Below are positions 17,859 through 28,006 of a DNA stretch of 64,000 bases, one piece after another. The position numbers were made by a program, and so were the translations under genes. Numbering within the stretch: position 1 is the stretch's first letter; each line of letters begins with the position of its first letter. This DNA is from a virus. Lineage: Duplodnaviria > Caudoviricetes. The DNA lies in IMG/VR virus record IMGVR_UViG_3300018430_000021, positions 64,001-128,000 of that record; one strand, written 5' to 3'. Under the pieces are notes generated by a model. It ran no database searches. It had not been told where the DNA came from and worked only from the letters and a program-made list of their open reading frames with translations.

Positions 17859-18228
17859 AGATGACTATGGTTTAGGATGCGAAGCAAATGATGTATTAAA
17901 CCGGCTTATACGGGCCGGTTATCGATTTAATTTTTCCGATGTAAATTCCAGAGACGTTAGGCACATGTATAAAGATGATATAAACGTGTATATATCATTT
18001 CATACTAATAAAGGAAAAAGTTATGTCGATAGTATGCAATGCGTAAAAAATGAAGTAGGAATAGCTACTACATATAAAAAAGCATATGTTAATAGTTTGC
18101 CTATACAATATATGTTTTGCGAAGTTGACCCTATTACATTTATGACAATAGTATGCAATAAGACAAATAAGCTGGTTCAAGAATTCGCTGAATGGAACGC
18201 AGACAAGATATTGTCAAAACTTAAATAG
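17845..18228 (+). CDS. tandem paralogue family member 16
   Basis: LIRAGY; IATTY; FMTIVC; EWNADKILSKLK. Confidence 0.8.
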   Translation: MYYSEDDYGLGCEANDVLNRLIRAGYRFNFSDVNSRDVRHMYKDDINVYISFHTNKGKSYVDSMQCVKNEVGIATTYKKAYVNSLPIQYMFCEVDPITFMTIVCNKTNKLVQEFAEWNADKILSKLK

Positions 18229-18229
18229 C

Positions 18230-18991
18230 TTAATGTTCAATTCCTATTGCTTTGATAAGTTCCTGTGGTACCACCGCAAGGAACTGTTCTTTTTCTACAT
18301 CGGTAAGATTCTTGAAGTCTGTACGGGCGAATCCCTTGAACACAATATCAGCCATGAGATTCTTGGTAATAATATCGAGCTCGCCTGGAGAAACTTTTAA
18401 TGTTTCGACTTCGTTTCTTCCCTTAACAACAGATTCCATTTCATGGAACTTGTAAAGCGTGACCAACTGCATGAGCCAGCAAGGATCATATTCTGCAAAG
18501 AAATCCCAGACAAAGCCCGGAAGAATTTCCGGCCACGGTGATTCACAAAGAAGTTCCACCTGTTCACGCATCATGTTCGGATGAAGAAGACTGTGACTGA
18601 GTTTAATATCCTTCAAATCTTCCTTGGAAAGTTTCTTCTTGAAATTCTTGGTATTGTATTCCATACCCTGAGCGTGACGAACCTTAAACGCTTTCTTTCT
18701 CAAACGGGAGATTGATTTCTGTTTTGCCTTACGCTTGATAGCGGCTTTCTTCTGGCCTTTCTTACGGTTGATTCTTTCTTTGTTTGTAATGAATACTTCT
18801 TTAGGCTGTCCAGACTTTCTGTCAATCTGAACACGGTATTTACCCTTACGAGTAGTAACCCACTTAACGACACGCTTGCCGTTTCGAATAACGAATTTCT
18901 TTTTAAGAGCTTCGTCAAGAACCTGAAGATTTTCTTCGGTTGGTTCTTCCAAGTATTGTGCGTTATTCTGTGTGTATTCTAAGAAGTTCAT
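18230..18991 (-). CDS. basic prohead-core-like (gp68-like) protein
   Basis: Acidic N-terminus ending in LDE, then a K/R-rich block (VIRNGK..NRKKGQKKAAIKRKAK); paralogous to 18994-19326. Confidence 0.5.
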   Translation of the reverse strand: MNFLEYTQNNAQYLEEPTEENLQVLDEALKKKFVIRNGKRVVKWVTTRKGKYRVQIDRKSGQPKEVFITNKERINRKKGQKKAAIKRKAKQKSISRLRKKAFKVRHAQGMEYNTKNFKKKLSKEDLKDIKLSHSLLHPNMMREQVELLCESPWPEILPGFVWDFFAEYDPCWLMQLVTLYKFHEMESVVKGRNEVETLKVSPGELDIITKNLMADIVFKGFARTDFKNLTDVEKEQFLAVVPQELIKAIGIEH

Positions 18992-18993
18992 AA

Positions 18994-19326
18994 TTATTCC
19001 TCTGGTCGACCGATTTCGAGACCTAATCTTTCAGCCTTGTCCTTACCTTTTTCAATATGTTTCTTTATCTGACCCATTTTGGCGTTGCGTTTCATCTGAC
19101 CGACTTTTTGACCGCGCTTTCTATTGGCTATTTCTTTACCGGACATTTTAACTTCTACACCGTCCTTCATCTTATAGCCTTCCTTGTCGGAAACATATTT
19201 GGTTTCTTTCTTGCCGTTACGAACCCTAATATCCTTATGTTTTTCGTTTAACACCTTTTCATCATCCAAGGTGAACGGTTCCAAATGGTCTTCTACATAT
19301 TGTATAAAATCGGAAAGTTTACTCAT
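18994..19326 (-). CDS. basic prohead-core-like protein
   Basis: LNE, then RVRNGK..NRKRGQK..KRNAK; TATAAATA-N4-ATG. Confidence 0.5.
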   Translation of the reverse strand: MSKLSDFIQYVEDHLEPFTLDDEKVLNEKHKDIRVRNGKKETKYVSDKEGYKMKDGVEVKMSGKEIANRKRGQKVGQMKRNAKMGQIKKHIEKGKDKAERLGLEIGRPEE

Positions 19327-19366
19327 ATCATATTTATAATCTTAAAGGATTTACTATATTTACTTC

Positions 19367-20575
19367 ATGGACTTAGTATCAATAGAAGAAGGCACAAAAG
19401 ATTATCAAATGTTACAGAACAGAAACTTAATTTCTGGTGTTACCGAATTCTTTTCTAAAATTAAAAAGGAAGATTCCGATGATTTTAAACCGGATCCTAA
19501 TGCGGATGAATATGAATTATTCGCTGAACTTTTAGATAAGAATAAACCGAATAGTAGCGAGCTCGCATGGATGGAATCATATACGAAGAAAATCGTAGAT
19601 GAGAAAGCCACGGAATACGGCGTAAATCTTACCGAAGCCGAACATGCACTTAATCAGCTTGTCGAACAACTTACTGAAGTGAGAGCAAAAGAATTTCTTG
19701 CCCTTGACGGTTATGAACGAAATCGTTTCTTATTGCTGGTTGTCGCAGGTATCTATATTCAGATGAAGTCTGGTCTTGGTTTCACATTTACATACGACGG
19801 CAGCGAAGATTATTTCTTGCAGTTCTTTACACCGCGACAGGACTACGTTTTTGCACTTCGTTTCAAGAGAAAGTTTAAATTCTCTTGGAAAGAAATTGAA
19901 TATACACTTTATGCAAAATCCTTCATAGATAATTATACCAAGGATTTCACGGATCCGACCAGTTATGACTGGTTGGAACTTGGAAAGTATTTATCTGATT
20001 TATTCCTTGAAATGTGTAAGGAAATTGTTGGAATTATTACAAGTCATTTGAATAAAGTACAGCATACATGTAAAGATTTAAACGATTTGGACAATTTGAT
20101 TAATACTTCTGACCCTTATTTGAAAAAGAAATTCGATGAAAATTTGGAAGCTAATCACCATCGTTTTACGAAAAAGAATTTTTCGCAGGCTGATGACCTT
20201 TTAACGAAAATAAATTTTTACAAACAGGGTCTTGGCGAGCTTTCTTATTATATCATGCAAGATGAAAATATTACAAAGTATATTCCTGGCATGAGCGATG
20301 AAGTTAAGCTTTCAACTATCGGTTACGGTGTAGAATATACTGTTATCGGTGGAATTTATAACAGCTTAAGGAATATCGCTTTTGTATTGTTCGGTAATAT
20401 GTTTGCAATATGTTATTCCGGATTAACACTTCGTACAAACGCATTGATGGGTCTTGAAACCTTATGGAAAATGGATATTGGCAAACTGGTACAGGATTTT
20501 GAACCATTTTATCAGAAGTATAAAATGAATCAGGAAAAAATCAACCAGTTAATGGATATAGAATTTTTCATGTAA
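19367..20575 (+). CDS. hypothetical protein (402 aa)
   Basis: Long ORF; TATATT 6 nt before the ATG. Confidence 0.85.
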   Translation: MDLVSIEEGTKDYQMLQNRNLISGVTEFFSKIKKEDSDDFKPDPNADEYELFAELLDKNKPNSSELAWMESYTKKIVDEKATEYGVNLTEAEHALNQLVEQLTEVRAKEFLALDGYERNRFLLLVVAGIYIQMKSGLGFTFTYDGSEDYFLQFFTPRQDYVFALRFKRKFKFSWKEIEYTLYAKSFIDNYTKDFTDPTSYDWLELGKYLSDLFLEMCKEIVGIITSHLNKVQHTCKDLNDLDNLINTSDPYLKKKFDENLEANHHRFTKKNFSQADDLLTKINFYKQGLGELSYYIMQDENITKYIPGMSDEVKLSTIGYGVEYTVIGGIYNSLRNIAFVLFGNMFAICYSGLTLRTNALMGLETLWKMDIGKLVQDFEPFYQKYKMNQEKINQLMDIEFFM

Positions 20576-20625
20576 AAAGGGTTTACGAAAAGTAATATAT
20601 ATTGTATATTATTGTGAGGTGACCC

Positions 20626-21006
20626 ATGAAAGTTGAATATTTGACACAGGAACAGATAGAATCCCGAACAAAGGGGTTGCAGGATTATTTCCTGATTTTT
20701 GATAATAAACCGTCTGTTAAAGGATGTGTCATGTGTACATTGCCGTTAAACGATAAATCTTTAACTCATGACCTTGATAGGTATATGATGGATTTTTGGC
20801 GTGGAACACACCAGGTTCTTTACTCTACTTTCTGTGTAGCATGTAAGGAACCTTCTTTGATTGTCCACGATAACGGCCATGGAAATCGAGTTTACGAGAA
20901 GAATAATCAGTTTTGGATTGAAGATGTAAATATCGGTGAATATTACGATACGATTCGACAAAAAGTTGATAATTTGAAACTTGTTGAAATTATAGACGAG
21001 CTATGA
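20626..21006 (+). CDS. hypothetical protein
   Basis: TTTACG-N17-TATATT promoter at 20582, GAGGTG RBS. Confidence 0.8.
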   Translation: MKVEYLTQEQIESRTKGLQDYFLIFDNKPSVKGCVMCTLPLNDKSLTHDLDRYMMDFWRGTHQVLYSTFCVACKEPSLIVHDNGHGNRVYEKNNQFWIEDVNIGEYYDTIRQKVDNLKLVEIIDEL

Positions 21007-21290
21007 TATACAATTATTGGACAGATCGGCTTAATGAAGCGGCTTCTAATTTTAATGTCAAGTTTGATGTTTATACAAGTAGGTTTCTTCCAAATACGAT
21101 TATTCTAAGAACACAATCCGATCAATGTCCATTACCAGGAGGATATTTTTATTGTTATGACCAACAGTTTACAAACCGTGAAAAGTTGTTGGACATATTA
21201 AATAAACTTATATCAGATGATAAATTCCGATATAACTGGTGTAAAAAATTTTTTGACGAATATCACGATTATATTTTAACAGGCCTATGA
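21003..21290 (+). CDS. hypothetical protein
   Basis: ATGA coupling. Confidence 0.75.
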   Translation: MIYNYWTDRLNEAASNFNVKFDVYTSRFLPNTIILRTQSDQCPLPGGYFYCYDQQFTNREKLLDILNKLISDDKFRYNWCKKFFDEYHDYILTGL

Positions 21291-21586
21291 CTTCTTCAAA
21301 AATGTATAAACTGGTAAATCAGTTTAATGAAAAAGAACCGAAAGAATTAGAACTTATATACCGTCCTTGGGAAAAACCTGAAGACAGGATTTTTATTGAA
21401 CCTGCTGATTTTGCTGCCAATAAATTTATGGTAGGAAATAAAGGTATATATTGTAGAACGGTTTATGCTCCTGGTTTTACCGATGAACAAGTTCTTGAAG
21501 CTCTTGTAGAAGGCAAGTTTGAATTCTATAAAAAATTTTGTGATATGTATACAGAATGTATTATCGATACCGACGGTGAAGGTTAA
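21287..21586 (+). CDS. hypothetical protein
   Basis: ATGA coupling. Confidence 0.75.
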   Translation: MTSSKMYKLVNQFNEKEPKELELIYRPWEKPEDRIFIEPADFAANKFMVGNKGIYCRTVYAPGFTDEQVLEALVEGKFEFYKKFCDMYTECIIDTDGEG

Positions 21587-21589
21587 TCT

Positions 21590-22009
21590 ATGTTTGTTAC
21601 AGAAAATAGAGGAATAGATACATTTAGATATATTTTAAATGAAGCAAAAGCTGTAGGTTTTAAAGGTTCAATCAATCTTGCTCCGCAGAAAGGACTTTGT
21701 TTAAATACATTGGTATATGACGTTCCAAATGGACAGCTTACATTGAAATATTTTTTAACACAGACAAGTGAAGACGAACCTATTGTTGGAAACATGTGGT
21801 TGAATTTTTCATCTATGGTACCAATGTATGATAGACAGTTGATTTCACTTTGCGGCGGTTATGCTGATAATAATGTAGGCCCGAAAGTTTTTGTTGATTT
21901 ATTGAAGCATATCGATACCATAAAAGACCATTTAAAAATCGGCGAAGATGATGAAGAAATAGCCATACAAAAATGGATAAATGATTCATGTTTTGAGGCG
22001 TTGGATTAG
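21590..22009 (+). CDS. hypothetical protein
   Basis: In operon, 139 aa. Confidence 0.75.
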   Translation: MFVTENRGIDTFRYILNEAKAVGFKGSINLAPQKGLCLNTLVYDVPNGQLTLKYFLTQTSEDEPIVGNMWLNFSSMVPMYDRQLISLCGGYADNNVGPKVFVDLLKHIDTIKDHLKIGEDDEEIAIQKWINDSCFEALD

Positions 22010-22039
22010 CACAATTTTTGCTATATTTAAGGAGAGATT

Positions 22040-22525
22040 ATGAACCACATTGAACTAGACAATCAAGCAGTAGAAATCGTTTTCGAAAATTGTGAAACGA
22101 TTAATATCGATATGTGGGCCATAAAGTCTCTTACTTTCGATACCGTTTGTGATAGATATATCTGGGATGAACATCATAAGAATTTTATAACATCGACCAT
22201 CATTACTGATATAAAAATGGTTTTCGATATTCGTGACTGGAAAGATTTTCATCATACTGCGAGATTAATCGACACAAAAACATTAAAAGAAGACGGTGAA
22301 AAATGTATTGACCGTCTTAGATTTAGTGACGATATTACACATATTGTCATTAACGGTAAATCGTTTACTATTCCGTGGAAACGTACTGAAGCTGGAAAAG
22401 ATTCATTAGGTATTCCTTGGTATAAGAATGTATTGCAGAAAAATACAGAGTCAACTAATACACATGACGGGCATCAACTGTTAACTATTGAAGTGAAAGG
22501 CGTACCAAAAGAATGTATGGAATAG
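22040..22525 (+). CDS. hypothetical protein
   Basis: AAGGAG RBS, 161 aa. Confidence 0.8.
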   Translation: MNHIELDNQAVEIVFENCETINIDMWAIKSLTFDTVCDRYIWDEHHKNFITSTIITDIKMVFDIRDWKDFHHTARLIDTKTLKEDGEKCIDRLRFSDDITHIVINGKSFTIPWKRTEAGKDSLGIPWYKNVLQKNTESTNTHDGHQLLTIEVKGVPKECME

Positions 22526-22896
22526 CTATTGCCAATAAAGATTTTAAAAATCCATTGGATCAAATAAAAGAAAAATTTGAAAGTTATAAAGGCACTAATA
22601 GAATACAATTCTTTGCTAATATTAGTGCTGATTATATAGTTTTTTGCAATGCAGTTATTACCTACGATTTTGCGAATATCCGTATTTATTTAAGAGCGGC
22701 ATTACGATTAAATGAAGAATTTTATGTAACTGTAGTTAATGGCGGTAATAGACTTTATGAAAGAATTTGTAAACTGGACGAATTGTATGAAGTTATGGAT
22801 GAGTTTGTTTACACGATTAAATCCATAGCATTTAAAATTGGTGTTATTGAATTTATGGAATATTGGAAAAATTTAAGCGCGGTAGATAACTTATGA
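22513..22896 (+). CDS. hypothetical protein
   Basis: Overlapping ORF in operon. Confidence 0.7.
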   Translation: MYGIAIANKDFKNPLDQIKEKFESYKGTNRIQFFANISADYIVFCNAVITYDFANIRIYLRAALRLNEEFYVTVVNGGNRLYERICKLDELYEVMDEFVYTIKSIAFKIGVIEFMEYWKNLSAVDNL

Positions 22897-23270
22897 TAAT
22901 TGATAATATAGATTATTCTGTAACTGAAATACGAGAAATGATTAGACGTTTTCTCGTTGAAAAAGGATATGACCCTAACGGCGACTGGTATTTTTTAAAG
23001 CCGAGGGGAGTTATTGATATACGTATAAATCCCGTTTGTACATATTCATATAATACTACACCTGGTATTCCTAACGAACGTGTAGACGTATATTTTAACG
23101 GCGTTATAAACGGAAAAGGCGATTTTATTTGTTATAAAATATATACACCCGAAGACTTTAAAGAGGTCTTAGGTTTTATTGAACGTATAGGCGAAGCTGC
23201 AGCTTCTGAAGAACGCCTTAAGGCGATTTATTCAAATTTGGAAGATGTAATTAAGGTTGGGCAGTTATAG
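22893..23270 (+). CDS. hypothetical protein
   Basis: ATGA coupling. Confidence 0.75.
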   Translation: MIIDNIDYSVTEIREMIRRFLVEKGYDPNGDWYFLKPRGVIDIRINPVCTYSYNTTPGIPNERVDVYFNGVINGKGDFICYKIYTPEDFKEVLGFIERIGEAAASEERLKAIYSNLEDVIKVGQL

Positions 23271-23595
23271 TTTTCGGTTCTCTATAATCACCTGTAAAGA
23301 ATTCATAGAATACGTTTCCATAATAGGTTTCATATTCTACAGCATAACCGTTAATATCCGATGTCGGATAGATATTATGGATCTGCAATTTTGTAGGTCC
23401 ATTTATGCTATGGTGTCCGTTCTTGCACTCAGGATGCCAGATAAGTCTATGATGTGTAGGGCAAAATGAAAGAACAACTTGGGAATTCAAACGGTTTCCA
23501 AGTTCTTTAGGTATAATGTGATGATATTCAATTTCATTACGATTATGTGTATGATAAGTACATCCAGGCCAATGGCATTTATAAACAATTTCCAT
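23251..23595 (-). CDS. HNH endonuclease (start MEIVYKC)
   Basis: CxxxxC..EYHHIIP..N..LSFCPTHHRLIWH zinc/HNH pattern. Confidence 0.75.
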   Translation of the reverse strand: MEIVYKCHWPGCTYHTHNRNEIEYHHIIPKELGNRLNSQVVLSFCPTHHRLIWHPECKNGHHSINGPTKLQIHNIYPTSDINGYAVEYETYYGNVFYEFFTGDYREPKTITAQP

Positions 23596-23608
23596 ATTGT
23601 ATATATTA

Positions 23609-23637
23609 AAAAACCGACTATAAAATAGTCGGTTTTC
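23609..23637. terminator. intrinsic terminator (bidirectional-type)
   Basis: aaaaaccgacta-taaaa-tagtcggtttt. Confidence 0.75.
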
Positions 23638-23659
23638 TAAATTTTGTTTTATCGAATTA

Positions 23660-24721
23660 TTAGACAGCTTCGATAGAGCAGCCGAGACCTTCGATGGTTT
23701 CAACAGCCTTAGCAATCCACTTCGGAGTACCGGTGATAGCAACGGTGTTGGAATCAGCATCGATTTCGTAGGTGACTTCGGAAAGGTCGGTAAGAGCAAC
23801 TTCAGCAATGTCAGTATCTTCAACAGTGAAGGTCTTAGTTTCACGCTGAGAGCGGTTAACCGGTTCCTTAGCGGCAACGTCAACAACGAGGTCAGCAGTC
23901 TTCGGATGAGCTGCGAGAGCTTCAGAAGCCTTAGCAATAGCGTTGGAGGTACCAACGATGCTGATGGAAGAACCATCTTCTGCGATAGTAGCATTAACAC
24001 CGGCCTTAGCAAGGATAGCCTTGACGAGGTTCGGGTTGCCTTCGTAAGCAGAAAGGTCGATAGTTGCAGCACCCTGGTTACGACGACGCGGAGCGACATC
24101 ACCAGCAGCCATAGAATCAATCTTCATTTCGCACTGAGCAATCTTACCAGCAATCTTGGCAGCGTCAGCACCCTTCATGCCGCGGACCATTTCGAGACGG
24201 TTGCGAAGAGCTTCGATACCGGCTTCAGAAGTAGAACCAGAACGGCAGGAGTTAAGAAGACAGTCTACGCAACGTTCAACGTTACCGGCTTCATAAGCCT
24301 GGGCGAAGTTACCACCCTTATCGGCACGAGCACCGTTACCCTTATTCTTCTTCTGGATGAGGGAAATGTCGTCATTTTCAGCAGCTTCGAGATAACCATC
24401 TTCTTCGAAAGCCTTGAGAATGTCCAAGTCATCACCGTCAATCGAGTCTTCCTTGGCCTTCAAAGCGTTATAAGCGTTGATATAGGCCTGAGCGTTAGCC
24501 ATGCTTCCGCTTGCACCCGGACGAGACTTCTTAGAGTCCATTGACTTCTTAGCGCGGAGAAGTGCCTTACCTTCTTCGGTCTTCGGGGCGGTCATAGCCA
24601 TTTCAGTGAGAAGGTCATTCTTAGCGCTTTCGAGAATAGCGGCAACTTCATCGAGAACTGTCGGCTTCTTCACAGTATAGCCGATAGACTGTAGCATTGT
24701 TTTTGCTTCAAATAAGTTCAT
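23660..24721 (-). CDS. late, probably virion-internal protein
   Basis: TATAAATA promoters upstream, AAGGAG RBS, strong codon bias, LLTE|MA protease-like site. Confidence 0.7.
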   Translation of the reverse strand: MNLFEAKTMLQSIGYTVKKPTVLDEVAAILESAKNDLLTEMAMTAPKTEEGKALLRAKKSMDSKKSRPGASGSMANAQAYINAYNALKAKEDSIDGDDLDILKAFEEDGYLEAAENDDISLIQKKNKGNGARADKGGNFAQAYEAGNVERCVDCLLNSCRSGSTSEAGIEALRNRLEMVRGMKGADAAKIAGKIAQCEMKIDSMAAGDVAPRRRNQGAATIDLSAYEGNPNLVKAILAKAGVNATIAEDGSSISIVGTSNAIAKASEALAAHPKTADLVVDVAAKEPVNRSQRETKTFTVEDTDIAEVALTDLSEVTYEIDADSNTVAITGTPKWIAKAVETIEGLGCSIEAV

Positions 24722-24825
24722 GTTAATCTCCTTATAATAATTATTATAACTTATATCTTATTTATAGAACTTTTAGAATTATTCCTGTAATATTTATAAA
24801 TAATAAAAAGAATTTAGGAGTGACT

Positions 24826-25830
24826 ATGATACTATTTGAAAATAAGGAAGAAACTTTCGGATTGGCTGATATTGACTCCGATTACGAAATGCTCATGGCC
24901 GAAGATCTGGAAGTTAGCGCACCTGTTGCCAAGCTTCACTTCAACTCTGACCGTCAGTTTGACTCAATTTTGCCTATCGAAATCAAAGTTGATTGTAAAT
25001 TGCCAGAAGTTGAGCAAAAATTCGTAACAGTTCAATATAATCCGGTCAACGTCGACAAGAATTTTGATATTAACATGCTTGATGACAAGGATTACGAAGC
25101 TGATGAAACTTCTGACGGTTTTATTGTTTCTGTAAGCAATTTGTTCAAGCTTTCCAAGAAACTTAAGGCTACTTTTAACCGTTCTGTTATCTATCCATTC
25201 GATAATACGAGTAAAAATGATAAGGTTAATAAGTATTTGGAAAATCCTCGAAAGGACCTTTTCGACAAGATTAGAGAATACGTAAAGGAACTTGTTTATT
25301 CTGTAGACGAATATAAGGCAATCTTCAACCGTCAGTCTGCACGTAACCAGGCTACTCGTGAAGAAAAGAAACAGGCAGCAATCGATAAATGGCGTGCCGG
25401 TCGTACAAATCTGGAAATTCTTCGTGATGAAATCAAGAAAAATCCGGATGTCGAAAGCGCAACTATTACCGACCGTGCTCAGAAGGGATTGTTCACCAAG
25501 CTTCTTCGTGTTATCTTCAAGGGACGTAAGATTTTCGATATTAAGAGTAATGACGCTGGTACTAACTTTATGGTTCAGAAGCTTGGCGACATGTTCAACG
25601 TGTTCAAGACTTATGACTATCGTAAGATTGAAGACTGGATGGTTAAGAGCTATGAAAAGACAATGGAAGCTGAATTGCTCAAGGGTATGACCAACCGTCA
25701 ACGTGCTGAATATCATGCTAAACATCGTATGAAGGATGAACCTAAGGACGATGATGATGATTGGGGAGATGACAATTTCGATACTTCTTGGCTTGACGCC
25801 GAAGACGAAAAACTCCAAGCATCCCGCTAA
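24826..25830 (+). CDS. late hypothetical protein
   Basis: TATAAATA at 24795-24802, AGGAG RBS. Confidence 0.8.
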   Translation: MILFENKEETFGLADIDSDYEMLMAEDLEVSAPVAKLHFNSDRQFDSILPIEIKVDCKLPEVEQKFVTVQYNPVNVDKNFDINMLDDKDYEADETSDGFIVSVSNLFKLSKKLKATFNRSVIYPFDNTSKNDKVNKYLENPRKDLFDKIREYVKELVYSVDEYKAIFNRQSARNQATREEKKQAAIDKWRAGRTNLEILRDEIKKNPDVESATITDRAQKGLFTKLLRVIFKGRKIFDIKSNDAGTNFMVQKLGDMFNVFKTYDYRKIEDWMVKSYEKTMEAELLKGMTNRQRAEYHAKHRMKDEPKDDDDDWGDDNFDTSWLDAEDEKLQASR

Positions 25831-25846
25831 TTAAAAATTAAATAAT

Positions 25847-25876
25847 AAAAAACTCAGGTATTGCTACCTGAGTTTT
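25847..25876. terminator. bidirectional terminator between convergent genes
   Basis: aaaaactcaggta-ttgc-tacctgagttttt. Confidence 0.8.
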
Positions 25877-25899
25877 TCTTTTCCTCACTCACTAACAAA

Positions 25900-27528
25900 T
25901 TACATCATCGGCATTCCGTCGATTGTCGGAGCAGCTGCATGGCAGGAACAGGATTCCTTTTCCGGCTTCTCACAGATAACACATTCGGTAGTGATAACCA
26001 TGGAAGCAACAGAAGCAGCATTCTTGAGAGCCGTAATCGTAACGATTGCCGGGTCAATAACACCGGAATCAACGAGGTTTTCATAAACGTCAGTCTTGGC
26101 GTTATAACCTTCGTTACCGGAGAGTTCCTTGACCTTGTTAACGATAACGTCAGCAGACTTACCAGCATTTTGGGCAATCTGACGGAGCGGTTCTTCAACT
26201 GCACGACGGATAATATTTACACCGGTCTTCTGGTCAGCTGTTTCAACCTTGAGGTTGTCAAGAACAGACTGAGCACGGATGAGAGCGACACCACCACCAG
26301 GAACAATACCGCCAAGAGCAGCAGCCTTAGTAGCATGGAGAGCGTCATCAACGCGGTCCTTCTTTTCCTTCATTTCAACTTCAGTAGCAGCACCGACCTT
26401 AATAACTGCGACACCGCCAGAAAGGCGTGCTACACGTTCTGCAATCTTGCTACGTTCGTAGTCAGATTCAGTTTCAAGACCGAGATTCTTAAGGCTTGCA
26501 ACATGAGACTTAATTGCTTCAGTATCGCCAGCACCTTCGATAATAGTGGTAGAATCCTTGGTAATCTTGACGGTCTTTGCAGAACCGAGATAAGAAGGAT
26601 CGATTTCTTCGAGCTTAACACCGATTTCATCACTAACCAAGGTACCGCCAGTAAGAACTGCAATATCCTTGAGGTTGTTAATACGAGAATCACCATAACC
26701 AGGAGCCTTAACAGCAGCAACCTTGATAGTTCCACGCATTTTATTGATAACAAGGGCTGCAAGAGCTTCGCCATCAACATCTTCAGCGATAATGAGAAGC
26801 GGCTTATTGTTCTGGGCACAGAATTCGAGAGTCGGTACGAGTTCCTTCATTGTAGAAATCTTGTGACCGTACATAAGGATGACCGGATTTTCAAGAACGC
26901 AGGACATATTTTCTTCGGTAGAGAAATACGGAGAAAGATAGCCGTTGCCAAACTGCATACCTTCAACAACGTCGAGAACAGTATCAGCGGTACGAGATTC
27001 TTCAATAGTGATAACACCGTCGTTTCCGACCTTTTCCATAGCGTCGGCAAGGAGATTACCAATTTCTTCATCACCATTAGCAGAAATAGTACCAACCTGA
27101 GCAATAGCCTTTTTGTCAGTAACCTTGATAGCATTCTTTTCTACTTCGTTAATAATCGCGTCTACGGCTGCGTCCATGCCCTTTTTAAGTTCAATTGGGT
27201 TTGCACCAGCGGTAACGTTTTTAAGGCCTTCACGAGCGATTGCGAGCGAAAGAATGCTAGACGTGGTAGTACCATCACCTGCAATTTCATTGGTCTTGGA
27301 TGCAACGTCCTTAACGAGCTGTGCACCCTGATTTTCGAACGGATCCGGTAAATCAATGGAACGAGCTACAGACACACCGTCCTTCGTTACAACCGGACGT
27401 GAGCCAGTTGCAATCATAACATTTCGACCTGCAGGACCGAGCGTTGTCGCAACAGCCTTGGTCAACTTACTAATACCATTGAGAAGCTTTTCACGTGCTT
27501 CTGTATCGAATTTCATTTCCTTTGACAT
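25900..27528 (-). CDS. groEL: chaperonin GroEL (Cpn60)
   Basis: [66 protein letters not shown]. Confidence 0.98.
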   Translation of the reverse strand: MSKEMKFDTEAREKLLNGISKLTKAVATTLGPAGRNVMIATGSRPVVTKDGVSVARSIDLPDPFENQGAQLVKDVASKTNEIAGDGTTTSSILSLAIAREGLKNVTAGANPIELKKGMDAAVDAIINEVEKNAIKVTDKKAIAQVGTISANGDEEIGNLLADAMEKVGNDGVITIEESRTADTVLDVVEGMQFGNGYLSPYFSTEENMSCVLENPVILMYGHKISTMKELVPTLEFCAQNNKPLLIIAEDVDGEALAALVINKMRGTIKVAAVKAPGYGDSRINNLKDIAVLTGGTLVSDEIGVKLEEIDPSYLGSAKTVKITKDSTTIIEGAGDTEAIKSHVASLKNLGLETESDYERSKIAERVARLSGGVAVIKVGAATEVEMKEKKDRVDDALHATKAAALGGIVPGGGVALIRAQSVLDNLKVETADQKTGVNIIRRAVEEPLRQIAQNAGKSADVIVNKVKELSGNEGYNAKTDVYENLVDSGVIDPAIVTITALKNAASVASMVITTECVICEKPEKESCSCHAAAPTIDGMPMM

Positions 27529-27544
27529 TTATTTTCCTCTATAA

Positions 27545-28006
27545 TTACTGCTTTTCAACAAGAGTTGTATCAAACTGAACCGTAATCTTCTTACCAGTTT
27601 CCGGGTCGATAGCCTTATACTTCAAGAGAGAACTAAGATTAGTATCGAGGTCCTTATCGAGTTCCTTTACGAACGAAAGGATATATTCGGTAGACCAAGT
27701 TCCATCCTTAGCTTCCTTACGAGTAGTATCGATTTGGTCAAGACGAGCATCGAAAACATATTGGTCGAAAGTCATTTCATACTTCATGCGATAATCAGAA
27801 AGCGGAATGGCGCTCTTAATCCAAACGTCCTGAGTAGCATTGGAAGCAAAAAGACTCATCAAATCAATCTGACCGCGGAATTGCTGCGGGAAAGTACGGA
27901 TTGATGTATCTTCAACAACCTTCAATTTGAAAGAAACGATAACAGCGTCTTTCTTGATAATCGGCTGGAACTTCGTCATTACTGCTTTAAACTTAATGTC
28001 ACTCAT
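27545..28006 (-). CDS. hypothetical protein
   Basis: AGGAG RBS, coupled. Confidence 0.8.
   Translation of the reverse strand: MSDIKFKAVMTKFQPIIKKDAVIVSFKLKVVEDTSIRTFPQQFRGQIDLMSLFASNATQDVWIKSAIPLSDYRMKYEMTFDQYVFDARLDQIDTTRKEAKDGTWSTEYILSFVKELDKDLDTNLSSLLKYKAIDPETGKKITVQFDTTLVEKQ

Noticed and set aside
12322-18228. Paralogue array as the target of a diversity-generating retroelement
   Set aside because: No reverse transcriptase and no TR/VR pair with adenine-specific differences seen
23596-24120. N-terminal extension of the HNH ORF (289-aa call)
   Set aside because: Overlaps gene 23660-24721 in another frame and crosses a terminator; the real start is 23595
25861-27351. 496-aa ORF antisense to groEL
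   Set aside because: Shadow frame of a codon-biased gene; no RBS or promoter, and it starts inside a terminator
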